64,000 nucleotides of DNA from Candidatus Omnitrophota bacterium (GTDB taxonomy: Bacteria; Omnitrophota; Gorgyraeia; Zapsychrales; Zapsychraceae), in contig JAJDCA010000014.1 in the NCBI GenBank assembly GCA_029261055.1, forward strand, positions 5,295 to 69,294, given 5' to 3'. Below, one piece after another: positions 9,408-19,299 of the stretch; position 1 is the first letter of the stretch, and each line of letters begins with the position of its first letter. A model generated the notes under the pieces. It saw only the letters and a program-made list of their open reading frames with translations. It made no database searches and was not told where the DNA came from. The position numbers were made by a program, and so were the translations under genes.

Positions 9408-10253
9408 ATGCAGAAGATATCCGTAGCACACATCCAAAATAAAAAAGTTAAGCAAGAGAAAATCACGATGCTGACGGCGTATGATTATCCGATGGGGGTG
9501 TTGTTGGATAAAGCCGGGGTGGATATGGTGTTGGTGGGGGATTCTGTGGCCAATGTGGTTTTGGGGCTTGAATCGACCACAGAGGTGGGGATGTTTGAGA
9601 TGTTGCATCATGCCAAGGCGGTCCGTCGTGGAGTCAAAGAGGCTCTTTTGATAGGGGACATGCCGTATGAATCTTATCAAACAGCTACACAAGATGCCGT
9701 GGCCAATGCCAAACGTTTTGTGGATGAAGCGGGATGTGATGCGGTGAAATTAGAATGGTTTGACCGTTGTATTGAGGTGGCGGCTGATATTGTTCAGGCG
9801 GGCATTCCGGTGATGGGGCATGTGGGGTTAACACCTCAGACAGCTGAGCAATTAGGGGGGTTTAAAGTTCAGGGGAAGGATGCGGATTCTGCGAAGATTA
9901 TTATCGGGAATGCAAAGGCGTTGGAGGAAGCAGGGTGTTTTAGTATTGTTTTGGAGTGTGTTCCGGATAAAATTGCGCAATTAATTACAAAGCAATTATC
10001 CATTCCAACGATCGGGATTGGGGCTGGCCTTTATTGTGACGGACAGGTTCTGGTGACACACGATCTTTTAGGTTTGTTTGATCGTTTTCGTCCAAAATTT
10101 TCTAAACAGTATGTGGATTTAGGGGCCGCGGTTGTTGACGGTGTAAAGAATTTTTGTCAAGAGGTCCGTCAGGGTAAATTCCCCGATGAAGTGCATAGTT
10201 ATTCGATCAAACAAGAGGAATTATCTAAGATAAACGGAGGTGATCTTGTATGA
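9408..10253 (+). CDS. panB: 3-methyl-2-oxobutanoate hydroxymethyltransferase
   Basis: [25 protein letters not shown]...DGQVLV; ATG 9408 lies 7 nt after TGC-TAGAAT. Confidence 0.95.
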   Translation: MQKISVAHIQNKKVKQEKITMLTAYDYPMGVLLDKAGVDMVLVGDSVANVVLGLESTTEVGMFEMLHHAKAVRRGVKEALLIGDMPYESYQTATQDAVANAKRFVDEAGCDAVKLEWFDRCIEVAADIVQAGIPVMGHVGLTPQTAEQLGGFKVQGKDADSAKIIIGNAKALEEAGCFSIVLECVPDKIAQLITKQLSIPTIGIGAGLYCDGQVLVTHDLLGLFDRFRPKFSKQYVDLGAAVVDGVKNFCQEVRQGKFPDEVHSYSIKQEELSKINGGDLV

Positions 10254-10588
10254 AAAAATGTCCTTTTTGTGCGGAAGAAATTCAAGATCAAGCTATTAAA
10301 TGTCGGTTTTGTGGTGAATTTTTGAATAAAGATAAAGAAGCACCTGTACATGAAAAACCAAAATGGTTTTTTAAGACATCCAGTTTGGTTGTTGGTTTTT
10401 TATTTGTGGGGCCTTTTATTTTACCCGTGATTTGGTTTAACCCGCGGTTTTCAACGATGAAAAAAATTATTTTTAGTCTCATTGTTTTTATTGTTTCTAT
10501 AATTCTTTTAAAAATACTGATGATGAGTTTCGAATCGATCAATGAATACTATGAAATTTTTCAGGATATGAATCAAGCAAGGAGTTAG
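10250..10588 (+). CDS. zinc-ribbon membrane protein
   Basis: [10 protein letters not shown]...KCRFCGE followed by two hydrophobic segments. Confidence 0.75.
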   Translation: MKKCPFCAEEIQDQAIKCRFCGEFLNKDKEAPVHEKPKWFFKTSSLVVGFLFVGPFILPVIWFNPRFSTMKKIIFSLIVFIVSIILLKILMMSFESINEYYEIFQDMNQARS

Positions 10589-10593
10589 TACCT

Positions 10594-11451
10594 ATGGAAA
10601 ATATTGTAGAAAATAAAACACAAGATGTGGGGATTGAATGGCAGAAAGTCGATGGGTTTACGGATATCACATATCATAAAGCCGACGGTATTGCAAAAAT
10701 TACAATTAATCGACCTGAGGTACGCAATGCCTTTCGTCCTTTGACGGTGCACGAAATGTCAGAAGCTTTGGCTGATGCGCGCGATGATGAAGATATTGGG
10801 GCGATTATTTTAACAGGTGAAGGTGAGAAAGCTTTTTGTTCTGGAGGGGATCAAAAAATTCGTGGCGAAGCCGGATACAAAGATCATAAATCTGGAAATA
10901 AAAATCGATTAAATGTGTTGGATTTTCAGCGACAGATGCGTACGTGTCCGAAACCAATTATTGCGATGGTGGCTGGGTATGCTGTGGGTGGCGGTCACGT
11001 TTTGCATTTATTGTGTGATATCACAATTGCTGCCGACAATGCGATCTTTGGACAAACTGGCCCGAAGGTGGGGTCATTTGACGGTGGTTACGGCGCGAGT
11101 TACATGGCACGGATTGTTGGACAAAAGAAGGCGCGAGAAATTTGGTTTTTGTGTCGTCAGTACAGTGCCCAAGAAGCGTTAGATATGGGATTGGTGAACA
11201 AAGTTGTTCCTTATGCCGATTTAGAAAAAGAAACGGTTCAATGGTGCCGTGAAATTTTAGTTAATTCTCCGATGGCCATACGCTGCCTTAAAGCTGCACT
11301 TAATGCTGACTGCGACGGCCAAGCCGGTCTGCAAGAACTCGCGGGTAATGCCACGATGTTATTTTACATGACCGAAGAAGGCCAGGAAGGCCGCAATGCC
11401 TTTGTCGAAAAACGTAAACCGGATTTTAAAAAATTTCCACGAAGACCTTAA
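10594..11451 (+). CDS. menB: 1,4-dihydroxy-2-naphthoyl-CoA synthase
   Basis: [40 protein letters not shown]. Confidence 0.97.
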   Translation: MENIVENKTQDVGIEWQKVDGFTDITYHKADGIAKITINRPEVRNAFRPLTVHEMSEALADARDDEDIGAIILTGEGEKAFCSGGDQKIRGEAGYKDHKSGNKNRLNVLDFQRQMRTCPKPIIAMVAGYAVGGGHVLHLLCDITIAADNAIFGQTGPKVGSFDGGYGASYMARIVGQKKAREIWFLCRQYSAQEALDMGLVNKVVPYADLEKETVQWCREILVNSPMAIRCLKAALNADCDGQAGLQELAGNATMLFYMTEEGQEGRNAFVEKRKPDFKKFPRRP

Positions 11452-11452
11452 C

Positions 11453-11528
11453 AGTCATCAGCTATCAGTCCTCAGCCTTCAGTATACTTTATTATTTACT
11501 GATGTCTGAAGTCTGATAGCTGACGGCT
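11453..11528. repeat. inverted heptamer-periodic repeat
   Basis: AGTCATC AGCTATC AGTCCTC AGCCTTC AGT ... ACT GATGTCT GAAGTCT GATAGCT GACGGCT. Confidence 0.85.
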
Positions 11529-11535
11529 AAATATT

Positions 11536-12417
11536 ATGATTTCATCACTCAAACTTTGGTTTATGGCCATTCGGCCAAAAACATTAACCGCCGCCGTGGC
11601 GCCGGTGTTGATCGGCACGGCGATGGCTTTCGGCGATGGCATTCATCATTTGCCAACCGCTTTTCTTTGTCTTTTCGGCGCTATTCTTATTCAAATCGGT
11701 ACGAATTTGGCCAATGATTATTTCGATTTCAAAAAAGGGACGGACGACGTAGATCGTATCGGGCCGACGCGGGTTACGCAGGCAGGGCTGATTTCACCCG
11801 AAGTGGTGAAATTTGCCTTTATTTTGACATTTGTTCTATCGGCATTGGTGTGTATTGCATTGGTTATCCGTGGTGGTTGGCCGATTGCGGTGATCGGTAT
11901 TCTTTCGATTATTTCCGGCATTCTTTACACGGCAGGGCCGAAACCTTTAGGGTATATGGGGCTGGGAGATGTTTTTGTTTTTGTTTTCTTTGGTCCTGTG
12001 GCAGTCGCTGGAACGTATTATGTGCAATCCTTTGAAATGAATATGGCCGTCATCCTTGCCGGTGTGGCGCCGGGTTTAATTTCCGCCGGAATTTTAACCG
12101 TCAATAATTTGCGAGATATTGTTGGAGATAAAAAATCTGGTAAAAAAACGCTGGCTGTTCGTTTTGGTCGTTCGTTTGCACAGAGTGAATATTTGTTTTC
12201 GATGATTGCCGCCTCGCTGGTGCCGGTATTGATTTATGCTCTCATTCAGGATCATTTACCCATTTTAATGGGTACAGTCGTGAGTCTTTTGGCTATTCCT
12301 ATTATGAAAAAGGTTTTGGTTTCTACGGATGGCCCTGCGCTTAACCTTGCCTTAGCGAAAACCGGAAAATTATTATTAATTTACAGTGTGCTTTTTTCGA
12401 TAGGTTGGATTTTATGA
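11536..12417 (+). CDS. menA: 1,4-dihydroxy-2-naphthoate polyprenyltransferase
   Basis: RPKTL, NLANDYFDFKKGTD, NNLRDIVGD...GKKTLAVRFG. Confidence 0.95.
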   Translation: MISSLKLWFMAIRPKTLTAAVAPVLIGTAMAFGDGIHHLPTAFLCLFGAILIQIGTNLANDYFDFKKGTDDVDRIGPTRVTQAGLISPEVVKFAFILTFVLSALVCIALVIRGGWPIAVIGILSIISGILYTAGPKPLGYMGLGDVFVFVFFGPVAVAGTYYVQSFEMNMAVILAGVAPGLISAGILTVNNLRDIVGDKKSGKKTLAVRFGRSFAQSEYLFSMIAASLVPVLIYALIQDHLPILMGTVVSLLAIPIMKKVLVSTDGPALNLALAKTGKLLLIYSVLFSIGWIL

Positions 12418-13490
12418 AAATCATTTCTTTTCAAACCTACAGATACGTTTTGCCTTTTGTGAATCCGATATCTGTGCGAGGTGTTAAGCTTTCGCAGAGG
12501 GAGGGGCTGATTATTCATTGCACGTCAGAACAAGGTATTGAAGGTTTTGGCGAGGCGGCCCCCTTACCGGGATTAAGTGAAGAAAGTTTAGAAGATGTTA
12601 TTGAAGAAGTCGAAATGTTTGAAAGTGTTTTGTTAGATCAGGATGTTCCAAAAAATATTGAAAAGTTTGAAGGCGCTTTGACAGAATGGCTTTCCGCATA
12701 TTCGCTTAGTCCATCGTTACAGTTTGCTATCGAAACGGCCATGTTAAATTTGATGGCGAATAGTCGTAAGATTCTTTTAAGTCAGCTATTCGAAGAATCC
12801 CCAGTAGAGAACATTAGTGTTAATGGTTTATTACAAGGGACAATGGATGAGGTTGTTTTACAAGCGAAGGCATGTTTGTTAAATGGATTTACCGCCATGA
12901 AATTAAAGGTTGGTCGAAAAGATATGGATGAAGATATTCGTAATGTTCAGGCGGTATCAGAAATTATTAGAGATAAAGCTTTGTTACATTTGGATGCGAA
13001 TCAGGCTTGGACATTAAAGGAAGCCGTTAAGTTTGGGCAAGCTATCGGTTGCGCGTGTGTGGATTATATTGAAGAGCCATTACAAGATGTGGCAGGGATA
13101 CCAGAATTTTTTCATCAGACATTAATCCCTGCGGCTTTGGATGAATCATTACAGAATTTAGATATTAAAGATGTTGGTTCGATCGAAGGGGCTGATGTTG
13201 TAGTTGTTAAACCTACTATTTTGGGCGGCATTGAAAAAACTTACCATCTTATCAAATATGCCAGAGAACGTGCTTTACGGTGTGTTGTCAGTTCCTCATT
13301 TGAATCTTCCATTGGAGTTACTACTTTAGCGCATTTGGCCGCAAGCCTCACACCTCGCACCGCAGCTGGATTAGATACCTTAAAATTCTTTCAAAAAGAT
13401 GTCTTGAAAAAAGGTGTTTTTATTCAAAAAGGTAAGATTCCTCTTTCTCAATGCCGGGTCCGGAAAGAAAATGTCCAAATCAATGTTTAA
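12414..13490 (+). CDS. menC: o-succinylbenzoate synthase
   Basis: GFGEAAPLPG, KLKVG, LDANQAW, YIEEP, ALDESL, VVKPT, GLDT; ATGA overlap with menA. Confidence 0.92.
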   Translation: MKIISFQTYRYVLPFVNPISVRGVKLSQREGLIIHCTSEQGIEGFGEAAPLPGLSEESLEDVIEEVEMFESVLLDQDVPKNIEKFEGALTEWLSAYSLSPSLQFAIETAMLNLMANSRKILLSQLFEESPVENISVNGLLQGTMDEVVLQAKACLLNGFTAMKLKVGRKDMDEDIRNVQAVSEIIRDKALLHLDANQAWTLKEAVKFGQAIGCACVDYIEEPLQDVAGIPEFFHQTLIPAALDESLQNLDIKDVGSIEGADVVVVKPTILGGIEKTYHLIKYARERALRCVVSSSFESSIGVTTLAHLAASLTPRTAAGLDTLKFFQKDVLKKGVFIQKGKIPLSQCRVRKENVQINV

Positions 13491-13646
13491 ATATAAAATA
13501 TTTATTTATGAAGATATTCTTGCCGTTGTGCGCTGAATACGTTTTCTCTTACCATTTTTTCAGCGTCATGAATTAATCTTACCAAGTCTTATTCTAATAA
13601 AAATATATTTTTGGCAGGGTAGTAAGGAATATGTTATCTTTTCCAT

Positions 13647-16600
13647 ATGAAGTCGATTATGCGGAGTATTTTTTATTTTATTATTTATGTAATACTGTTA
13701 ACTTTTGGGATGACGACATGTTTTCCTTCAGGGGTAAGCTGTGCTCAGGATGTTTCAAGTTATCCTGTTGAATTAGGCTTGCCGCCTATTGGGCAAAGTC
13801 TTTCTTTAAGTCCTCTCTATGTGCCGCCATTGTTCAAAGGGTTAATGGTTTATCCTCAAGAGCCTTTTCGTTTTGATTTTATTATGGACACTGGGCATGC
13901 AGGTTTATTGCCTGATGAAAAAGCTACAGAAGGGGAAAAGTTGATGCGTTATTTTCTTGCAGCTTTGACTATTCCTGAGGATGAACTGTGGGTCAACCTT
14001 TCGCCGTACGAGGCAGATCGGATTATTCCTGATGCATTGGGTGTGACAGAAATGGGGCGGGATATGCTGGCGCAGGATTATTTACTCAAACAGTTGACGG
14101 CATCATTGATGAATCCTGAAGAAGAGTTAGGGGGAGAATTTTGGGATAGGGTGCACACACAGGCTTATGCACAGTACGGGGTGACGAATATTGACATGAA
14201 CATGTTTCATAAAATTTGGATTGTGCCGGAGAAGGCATTAGTTTATGAAAATACAGGGCAGGTATTTATTTTGGAGTCAAAGTTGAATGTTATGTTGGAG
14301 GAGGATTACAAGGCATTGAACAACAATAATCCCAATGCCGAGTCCCGAGCAACCCTTGGTGAAAATCAGTTGCGAGGGATCTCTACTAAAATTATCCGTG
14401 AAATTCTCATTCCCGCAATCAAACAAGAAATCAACCACGGCCAAACCTTCGCCCCTTTACGCCAAATTTATCATTCCATGATTCTCGCCACGTGGTACAA
14501 GCAGGCATTACAAGAAAGCCTGATTAATCAATCCTATTCCAATCAAAAAAAGACATTGGGTGTGGATATTGAAGATAAAGACGTTAAAGATAAAATTTAT
14601 CAGCAATACATTGCAGCCTTCAAGCAAGGAGTGTCTGACATTATCAGAGAAGATTATGATCCAGTCACCCAGGAAATTATTCCGCGAAAATATTTCTCTG
14701 GTGGGTTGATCGGAAAAGTTAAATTTATCGCAACCAACGATGCCTCCCAACTCACTACTGCCCAAGCCGTAGGCGACTGGGCACTTTTAGCAGGAGATGT
14801 ACAGCTTCGTAATTATTTAGAAATAGATTTAGGTGTGTCGGTGAATAAAATTAATACAGATGAGTATGTAAAAATACTTAATGATAAAGTATTTCAGAAT
14901 GTAGCAGCATTACTTGAGCAGAATAAATTTAGTCAAGCAAAGAAATTACTGTCTGTAGTCAGGAAAGGTTATGAAGAAATTAAACAGGTTAATCAAAATG
15001 CTGCGGTGGGAAGTCTTAATTATAAACGAGCAAAGATTGTTGAGTTGAATAGTAAGCATGTTGAGAATTTGATTCATGATATTGTTAGAGATGAATCGAA
15101 TATTGGTTTTTTATCTATTGATTATGAAGTTCGTAATCTTTTAAAAGTTTTTTTTGAGGAATATAATATTACAGAAGATGGGTTTAGGTTTTTTTTAGAT
15201 CATGTTTTACATGGAATGAGTATAGGCGATCTTAAAGAACGAATAGAAAAATTCTTTTTATGGGGGAATGCGAAAGTAACGGATGAAAAATTATCAAAAG
15301 AACTTGCCCAAAAGATATGGAATTTAGATTTTGAAGGGGGCGTAGGCCTAGAAACGTTTCCTGAGCGATCACGATTTGGTGAGAAAATTATTTTAAATCT
15401 TATTCAAAAATTGATGGATATTAATAAGCAGGAGTTAAATGTTGGAATTATTGGGGGGGGATGGTTTCCTGATAATGGGATGCCTTTTTCTAATGGACCA
15501 ATTATTACAGGAAAAATGGCTTACCGAATTGGGGAAATATGTTCTGCTTGTAGAGTTAGCGGGTTAGATATTTTTTTTCCTGTTGAAAAAGTTGAAGATT
15601 CTATAGGAAATATTCTTTTGGTAGATAAGGACGGATATTATGTTTCTGTGCAGGGGTCGAATATTTTAATAGAACCGTTTCTTGATATGCAAAAACGGTT
15701 GTTAAAAAAGAGAAAAATACTTTTAGCGATGCGGCAAGCTTCAGGAGATAATCCAGAGGTTTATGTGGTTGAAAAAAATGAAGGTTTGATTGAAGCAGGA
15801 GATCGTATAGTAAGAAATCCTCTTGATCGATATGTAGAAAGATTTCATGATGTTAATCGAGGTGGTCAAGGGGTTAAATTGAAGAATTTACATTTTCAGA
15901 GAGCAGGAAAAAATTTTGAGTTGTACAGTGAAAAGAAATTTGATGGGATATATACAGCTAATACGGGTTGGAGAAATTTGCCTGAAACGTATTTGGATGG
16001 TATGCAAAAATGGGGAAAGAAAATTAAAAAGGGAGGTTTTTTAGTAAGTGAAATTAATTTTCCAAAGGGGTTCCCTCTTGTTGTAGGTGAATTCCAAAAA
16101 GGAGAAGATGAGTTGTCTTTAATGAAACTCCATTTTTCTATGTGGGATTATTATTCAATTATTTCATCTGGAAGAATTTTTGATAGTAAAGATGCTTTTG
16201 ATCATATCGTCGAGACGAAATATCGTAATATTCTTATGGAGGTTTGGAAAAAATTGATCAATATTAAAGGTGGGGATTTAACAATAATAGGAGCGGACCT
16301 TACTGAAGAGTTTATTGATAATGTAAAAGTTGAATTAAACGGCTTAGCCGCCGTCCACATTGCCGATGCGGAGGAGGGGCGGGAAGGGCATTTGGTGGTG
16401 ACGATTGATTTTGATAAGTCAATGATGGGGGGGGATAACTCTGGGCGTAAAAAAAATAAACGGACTGTTTTTGTGGAAACATTGGTTAAGAAGTGGATAA
16501 AGAAAAATAAGGGTAAGAGAATAAGAAAAATTCCTATAAGTGGTGCAGCATTAGGAGGGATTGTGATGCTCAGTAAAGAGACTGCGCTTAAAGCTGTTAA

Positions 16601-17357
16601 ATATTCTAGTGATGGAAAAGTTGAAACAACATATAAACCGGCATTGCTTGATGAATATGATTTTTTGGTATTTATGAAAAAAATTTTAAATGAGTCCCCA
16701 GGTGCGTATCAGAGTGTGGAATTCTTAAAGGTTAGGATAAATTTAAAAAATAAATTTGATAATATCATAGATAAAATTCGGAAAGTAGAAGAGGAAAATA
16801 GTAATAAAAAATTAAAAGGAAAGAAAAGAATTGGAGGGCAGCCCGGTTATAACAAAATGGCATTGGATGATTTTGTGGCATATACAAGAAAAAGGAAGAA
16901 ACATCTCGATACATTTCCAATTAAATCAATAGAATTGCAATTTTTATTTGGTTTTCCTAAAAGGGAGAATATTTCAACATATCGCTCTCGATATTTAGGT
17001 GGGCTTATTATAAAGGAGCCTCTGGACAAAAATGACAAGATAAATTTTTTAAAGTTAATTCGTAGATGGGCAAAAAAATATGAAGGGGAAAATGAAATTA
17101 TTAAAGAAATGCCTGGGAAAATTAACGTTATGCTAAAAGATTTTGCGGCTTTGGCTTTACCTCAGCAAGGTGGAGTTGATTTTAATCCGCAATATTTGGA
17201 TTTACAAAGGCAAGGGAATAGGATAGATTCAGCTGTACTGACAGAAGGCCTGACGCAAGGTCAGATTCATTTTGATGGTTTGGAGCCTGTGGTTTTACGC
17301 GTTTTGCCGGTGACGGATATTGTGGGGTTGTTTGAGGCTTCAGGAGTTATGTGGTAA
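13647..17357 (+). CDS. large secreted modular protein 2 (1236 aa), paralog of 4167..8639, with a methyltransferase-like cargo module
   Basis: Shared WVNLSPYE..RII, GRDMLAQDYLLKQLT, LRQIY.SMILATWYK, PRKYFSGG, GGVDFN; inserted between menC and menE. Confidence 0.85.
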   Translation: MKSIMRSIFYFIIYVILLTFGMTTCFPSGVSCAQDVSSYPVELGLPPIGQSLSLSPLYVPPLFKGLMVYPQEPFRFDFIMDTGHAGLLPDEKATEGEKLMRYFLAALTIPEDELWVNLSPYEADRIIPDALGVTEMGRDMLAQDYLLKQLTASLMNPEEELGGEFWDRVHTQAYAQYGVTNIDMNMFHKIWIVPEKALVYENTGQVFILESKLNVMLEEDYKALNNNNPNAESRATLGENQLRGISTKIIREILIPAIKQEINHGQTFAPLRQIYHSMILATWYKQALQESLINQSYSNQKKTLGVDIEDKDVKDKIYQQYIAAFKQGVSDIIREDYDPVTQEIIPRKYFSGGLIGKVKFIATNDASQLTTAQAVGDWALLAGDVQLRNYLEIDLGVSVNKINTDEYVKILNDKVFQNVAALLEQNKFSQAKKLLSVVRKGYEEIKQVNQNAAVGSLNYKRAKIVELNSKHVENLIHDIVRDESNIGFLSIDYEVRNLLKVFFEEYNITEDGFRFFLDHVLHGMSIGDLKERIEKFFLWGNAKVTDEKLSKELAQKIWNLDFEGGVGLETFPERSRFGEKIILNLIQKLMDINKQELNVGIIGGGWFPDNGMPFSNGPIITGKMAYRIGEICSACRVSGLDIFFPVEKVEDSIGNILLVDKDGYYVSVQGSNILIEPFLDMQKRLLKKRKILLAMRQASGDNPEVYVVEKNEGLIEAGDRIVRNPLDRYVERFHDVNRGGQGVKLKNLHFQRAGKNFELYSEKKFDGIYTANTGWRNLPETYLDGMQKWGKKIKKGGFLVSEINFPKGFPLVVGEFQKGEDELSLMKLHFSMWDYYSIISSGRIFDSKDAFDHIVETKYRNILMEVWKKLINIKGGDLTIIGADLTEEFIDNVKVELNGLAAVHIADAEEGREGHLVVTIDFDKSMMGGDNSGRKKNKRTVFVETLVKKWIKKNKGKRIRKIPISGAALGGIVMLSKETALKAVKYSSDGKVETTYKPALLDEYDFLVFMKKILNESPGAYQSVEFLKVRINLKNKFDNIIDKIRKVEEENSNKKLKGKKRIGGQPGYNKMALDDFVAYTRKRKKHLDTFPIKSIELQFLFGFPKRENISTYRSRYLGGLIIKEPLDKNDKINFLKLIRRWAKKYEGENEIIKEMPGKINVMLKDFAALALPQQGGVDFNPQYLDLQRQGNRIDSAVLTEGLTQGQIHFDGLEPVVLRVLPVTDIVGLFEASGVMW
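14340..14383. repeat. palindromic element in frame in CDS
   Basis: GAGTCCC-GA-GCAAC ... GTTGC-GA-GGGATCTC. Confidence 0.55.
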
Positions 17358-17440
17358 TAAAAATAGTTGCGATTTAAAAAATATCTGGATGTGACTAAAA
17401 GAGCATGGTATTCTTTGAATAGAGAAAGGGAGGTTATAAA

Positions 17441-17659
17441 ATGTATAAGTCCAGTATTGTGAATGATATTCTTCAAAGAGCTTCTTCATTATCTCTGGAG
17501 GAGCAAAATTTTATTGTGGAGACGCTTAATAAGCGTATTCATGAGTATCGGAGAAATAAAATTGTACGACGGGTGAAGGAGGCTGAAAAGAATTACGGTA
17601 AAGGGAATGTAAGCAAAGGTAAGGTTAGTGATTTAATGAGTGAGTTAGATGATGATTAG
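17441..17659 (+). CDS. putative type II antitoxin
   Basis: 72 aa, SD GGAGG, overlaps downstream RelE-like gene. Confidence 0.7.
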   Translation: MYKSSIVNDILQRASSLSLEEQNFIVETLNKRIHEYRRNKIVRRVKEAEKNYGKGNVSKGKVSDLMSELDDD

Positions 17660-17921
17660 TCTAATTTGGGATGCCGCGTTTATTCGGATTCTTAAAAAAT
17701 GGAAGAAAAAACATCCGCATTTAATTAAAACTTTCCAAGAAGTGCTCTCTGAATTTGTTAAAAATCCTTTTCAACCTTCCCTACGAACACACTGTTTGAG
17801 TGGTAAGTTAAAAGACTGTTGGGCTTGTAGTATTACTTACGAATATCGCGTAGTATTTAAATTTATTTCCAAGAATAAAGTGCTGCTTATCGATATTGGA
17901 ACGCATGACGAAGTATACTAA
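17649..17921 (+). CDS. RelE/YafQ-family mRNA interferase toxin
   Basis: NPFQPSLRTHCLSGKLKDCWACSITYEYRVVF...DIGTHDEVY. Confidence 0.85.
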   Translation: MMISLIWDAAFIRILKKWKKKHPHLIKTFQEVLSEFVKNPFQPSLRTHCLSGKLKDCWACSITYEYRVVFKFISKNKVLLIDIGTHDEVY

Positions 17922-19299
17922 TTATCCTCCGCAGGTTTGTTTTAAAATCCAATCAAATAAAATCTTTATTATTTGCGGGCAGCAAATTGTAACATATGCG
18001 CAGTTTTTTGATGCTGTTGGTGGTGTGATTGATTATTTTCAATCAAGCGGAATTAAGTCTAAAGATCGTGTTGGAATTTGCTGCGCTAATAGTGTTGAGT
18101 ACGTGGCAGCATTAATAGCCCTGTGGCGTATTGGCACTGTCGCTTGTCTTTTGAGTCCGCGCTTACCACAGGAGGCGTTGCAGCAGCAATGTAGCAATTT
18201 GAGTTGTCAGAATGTTTTAACGAGCTTTCCTGAAGTGCCCTATTCAGATAAATTAACAGAAACAAATCCAAAATGGTCTTTGCCGGTAGATCAAGAGGCT
18301 ACGATTATGTTTACCTCCGGCAGTAGTGCCTCGCCCAAAGCGGTTTTGCATACGATTGGTAATCATTATTTCAGTGCCAAGGGCGCGAATGTTCATATTC
18401 CGTTAGTCGCTGGGGATCGATGGTTATTAACGCTTCCATTGCATCACGTCGGGGGTTTAAGTATTTTATTTCGTGCACTTTTGGCCGGGGCAACACTGGT
18501 TATTCCCGAGAAAGATGAGCCTATTGAGGCGGCAATACGGCGCTACGGCATTACGCATGTATCGATGGTGCCGACGCAGATTTATCGTTTATTAGGGGAA
18601 AATGAAGAAGGTGATTTAAAAAGTTTGAAGGCGATTCTTGTCGGCGGAGGGCCGATACCGGAAGCCCTTTTACAAAAAGCAATGGAAAAAGGTTTCCCGG
18701 TTCATACGACGTACGGCTTAACAGAAATGGCTTCGCAAGTTGCCACGTCAAACGTGTTGACGTCGGAAACTATTTCAAATGGCGGTAGAGTGTTGGAGGA
18801 TAGAGAAGTAAATGTTTCTGAAGAAGGTGAAATTTTAGTGCGTGGCAAGACGCTTTTTCAAGGTTATGTAGAAGGCGGGCACATTGATTGTTCGTTTGAC
18901 GCAGGCGGTTGGTTCGCAACCGGTGATTTAGGTGAGCTCAACGACGAAGGTTATTTAAAAGTGACTGGACGTAAAGATAATATGTTTATCTCCGGTGGCG
19001 AAAATATTCAGCCGGAAGAAATTGAACGGCATTTGTGTCGGTTAGAAGGCGTTGAGGAGGCTATCGTCATTCCCGTAGAACATGCGGAATTTGGCTTTCG
19101 CCCGGTGGCGTTTATAAAGTACATGAATGGAAAATCAATAACCTCCGAAGAAATCAAAAGAACTCTGCAACAATATCTCCCTAAATTCAAAATTCCCGAT
19201 ACCTTTTACGATTGGCCGGAAGGCATTATTAGTGAGGGGATTAAGCCAAGTCGGCTAGTATTTAAGCATTATCTTGAGCGAACAATTCCACGATCTTAG
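17905..19299 (+). CDS. menE: o-succinylbenzoate--CoA ligase
   Basis: FTSGSSASPKAV, YGLTEMASQV, FATGDLG, GRKDNMFISGGENIQPEEIE; start uncertain (17896/17905). Confidence 0.92.
   Translation: MTKYTNYPPQVCFKIQSNKIFIICGQQIVTYAQFFDAVGGVIDYFQSSGIKSKDRVGICCANSVEYVAALIALWRIGTVACLLSPRLPQEALQQQCSNLSCQNVLTSFPEVPYSDKLTETNPKWSLPVDQEATIMFTSGSSASPKAVLHTIGNHYFSAKGANVHIPLVAGDRWLLTLPLHHVGGLSILFRALLAGATLVIPEKDEPIEAAIRRYGITHVSMVPTQIYRLLGENEEGDLKSLKAILVGGGPIPEALLQKAMEKGFPVHTTYGLTEMASQVATSNVLTSETISNGGRVLEDREVNVSEEGEILVRGKTLFQGYVEGGHIDCSFDAGGWFATGDLGELNDEGYLKVTGRKDNMFISGGENIQPEEIERHLCRLEGVEEAIVIPVEHAEFGFRPVAFIKYMNGKSITSEEIKRTLQQYLPKFKIPDTFYDWPEGIISEGIKPSRLVFKHYLERTIPRS

Noticed and set aside
4167-17357. Diversity-generating retroelement or Rhs/CdiA-type toxin as explanation for the variability
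   Set aside because: No reverse transcriptase, TR/VR pair, YD or haemagglutinin repeats; variation is central and whole-module, not C-terminal
19262-19299. Convergent 38-nt overlap of menE and the thioesterase as a regulatory device
   Set aside because: Short tail-to-tail overlaps are common; no further evidence
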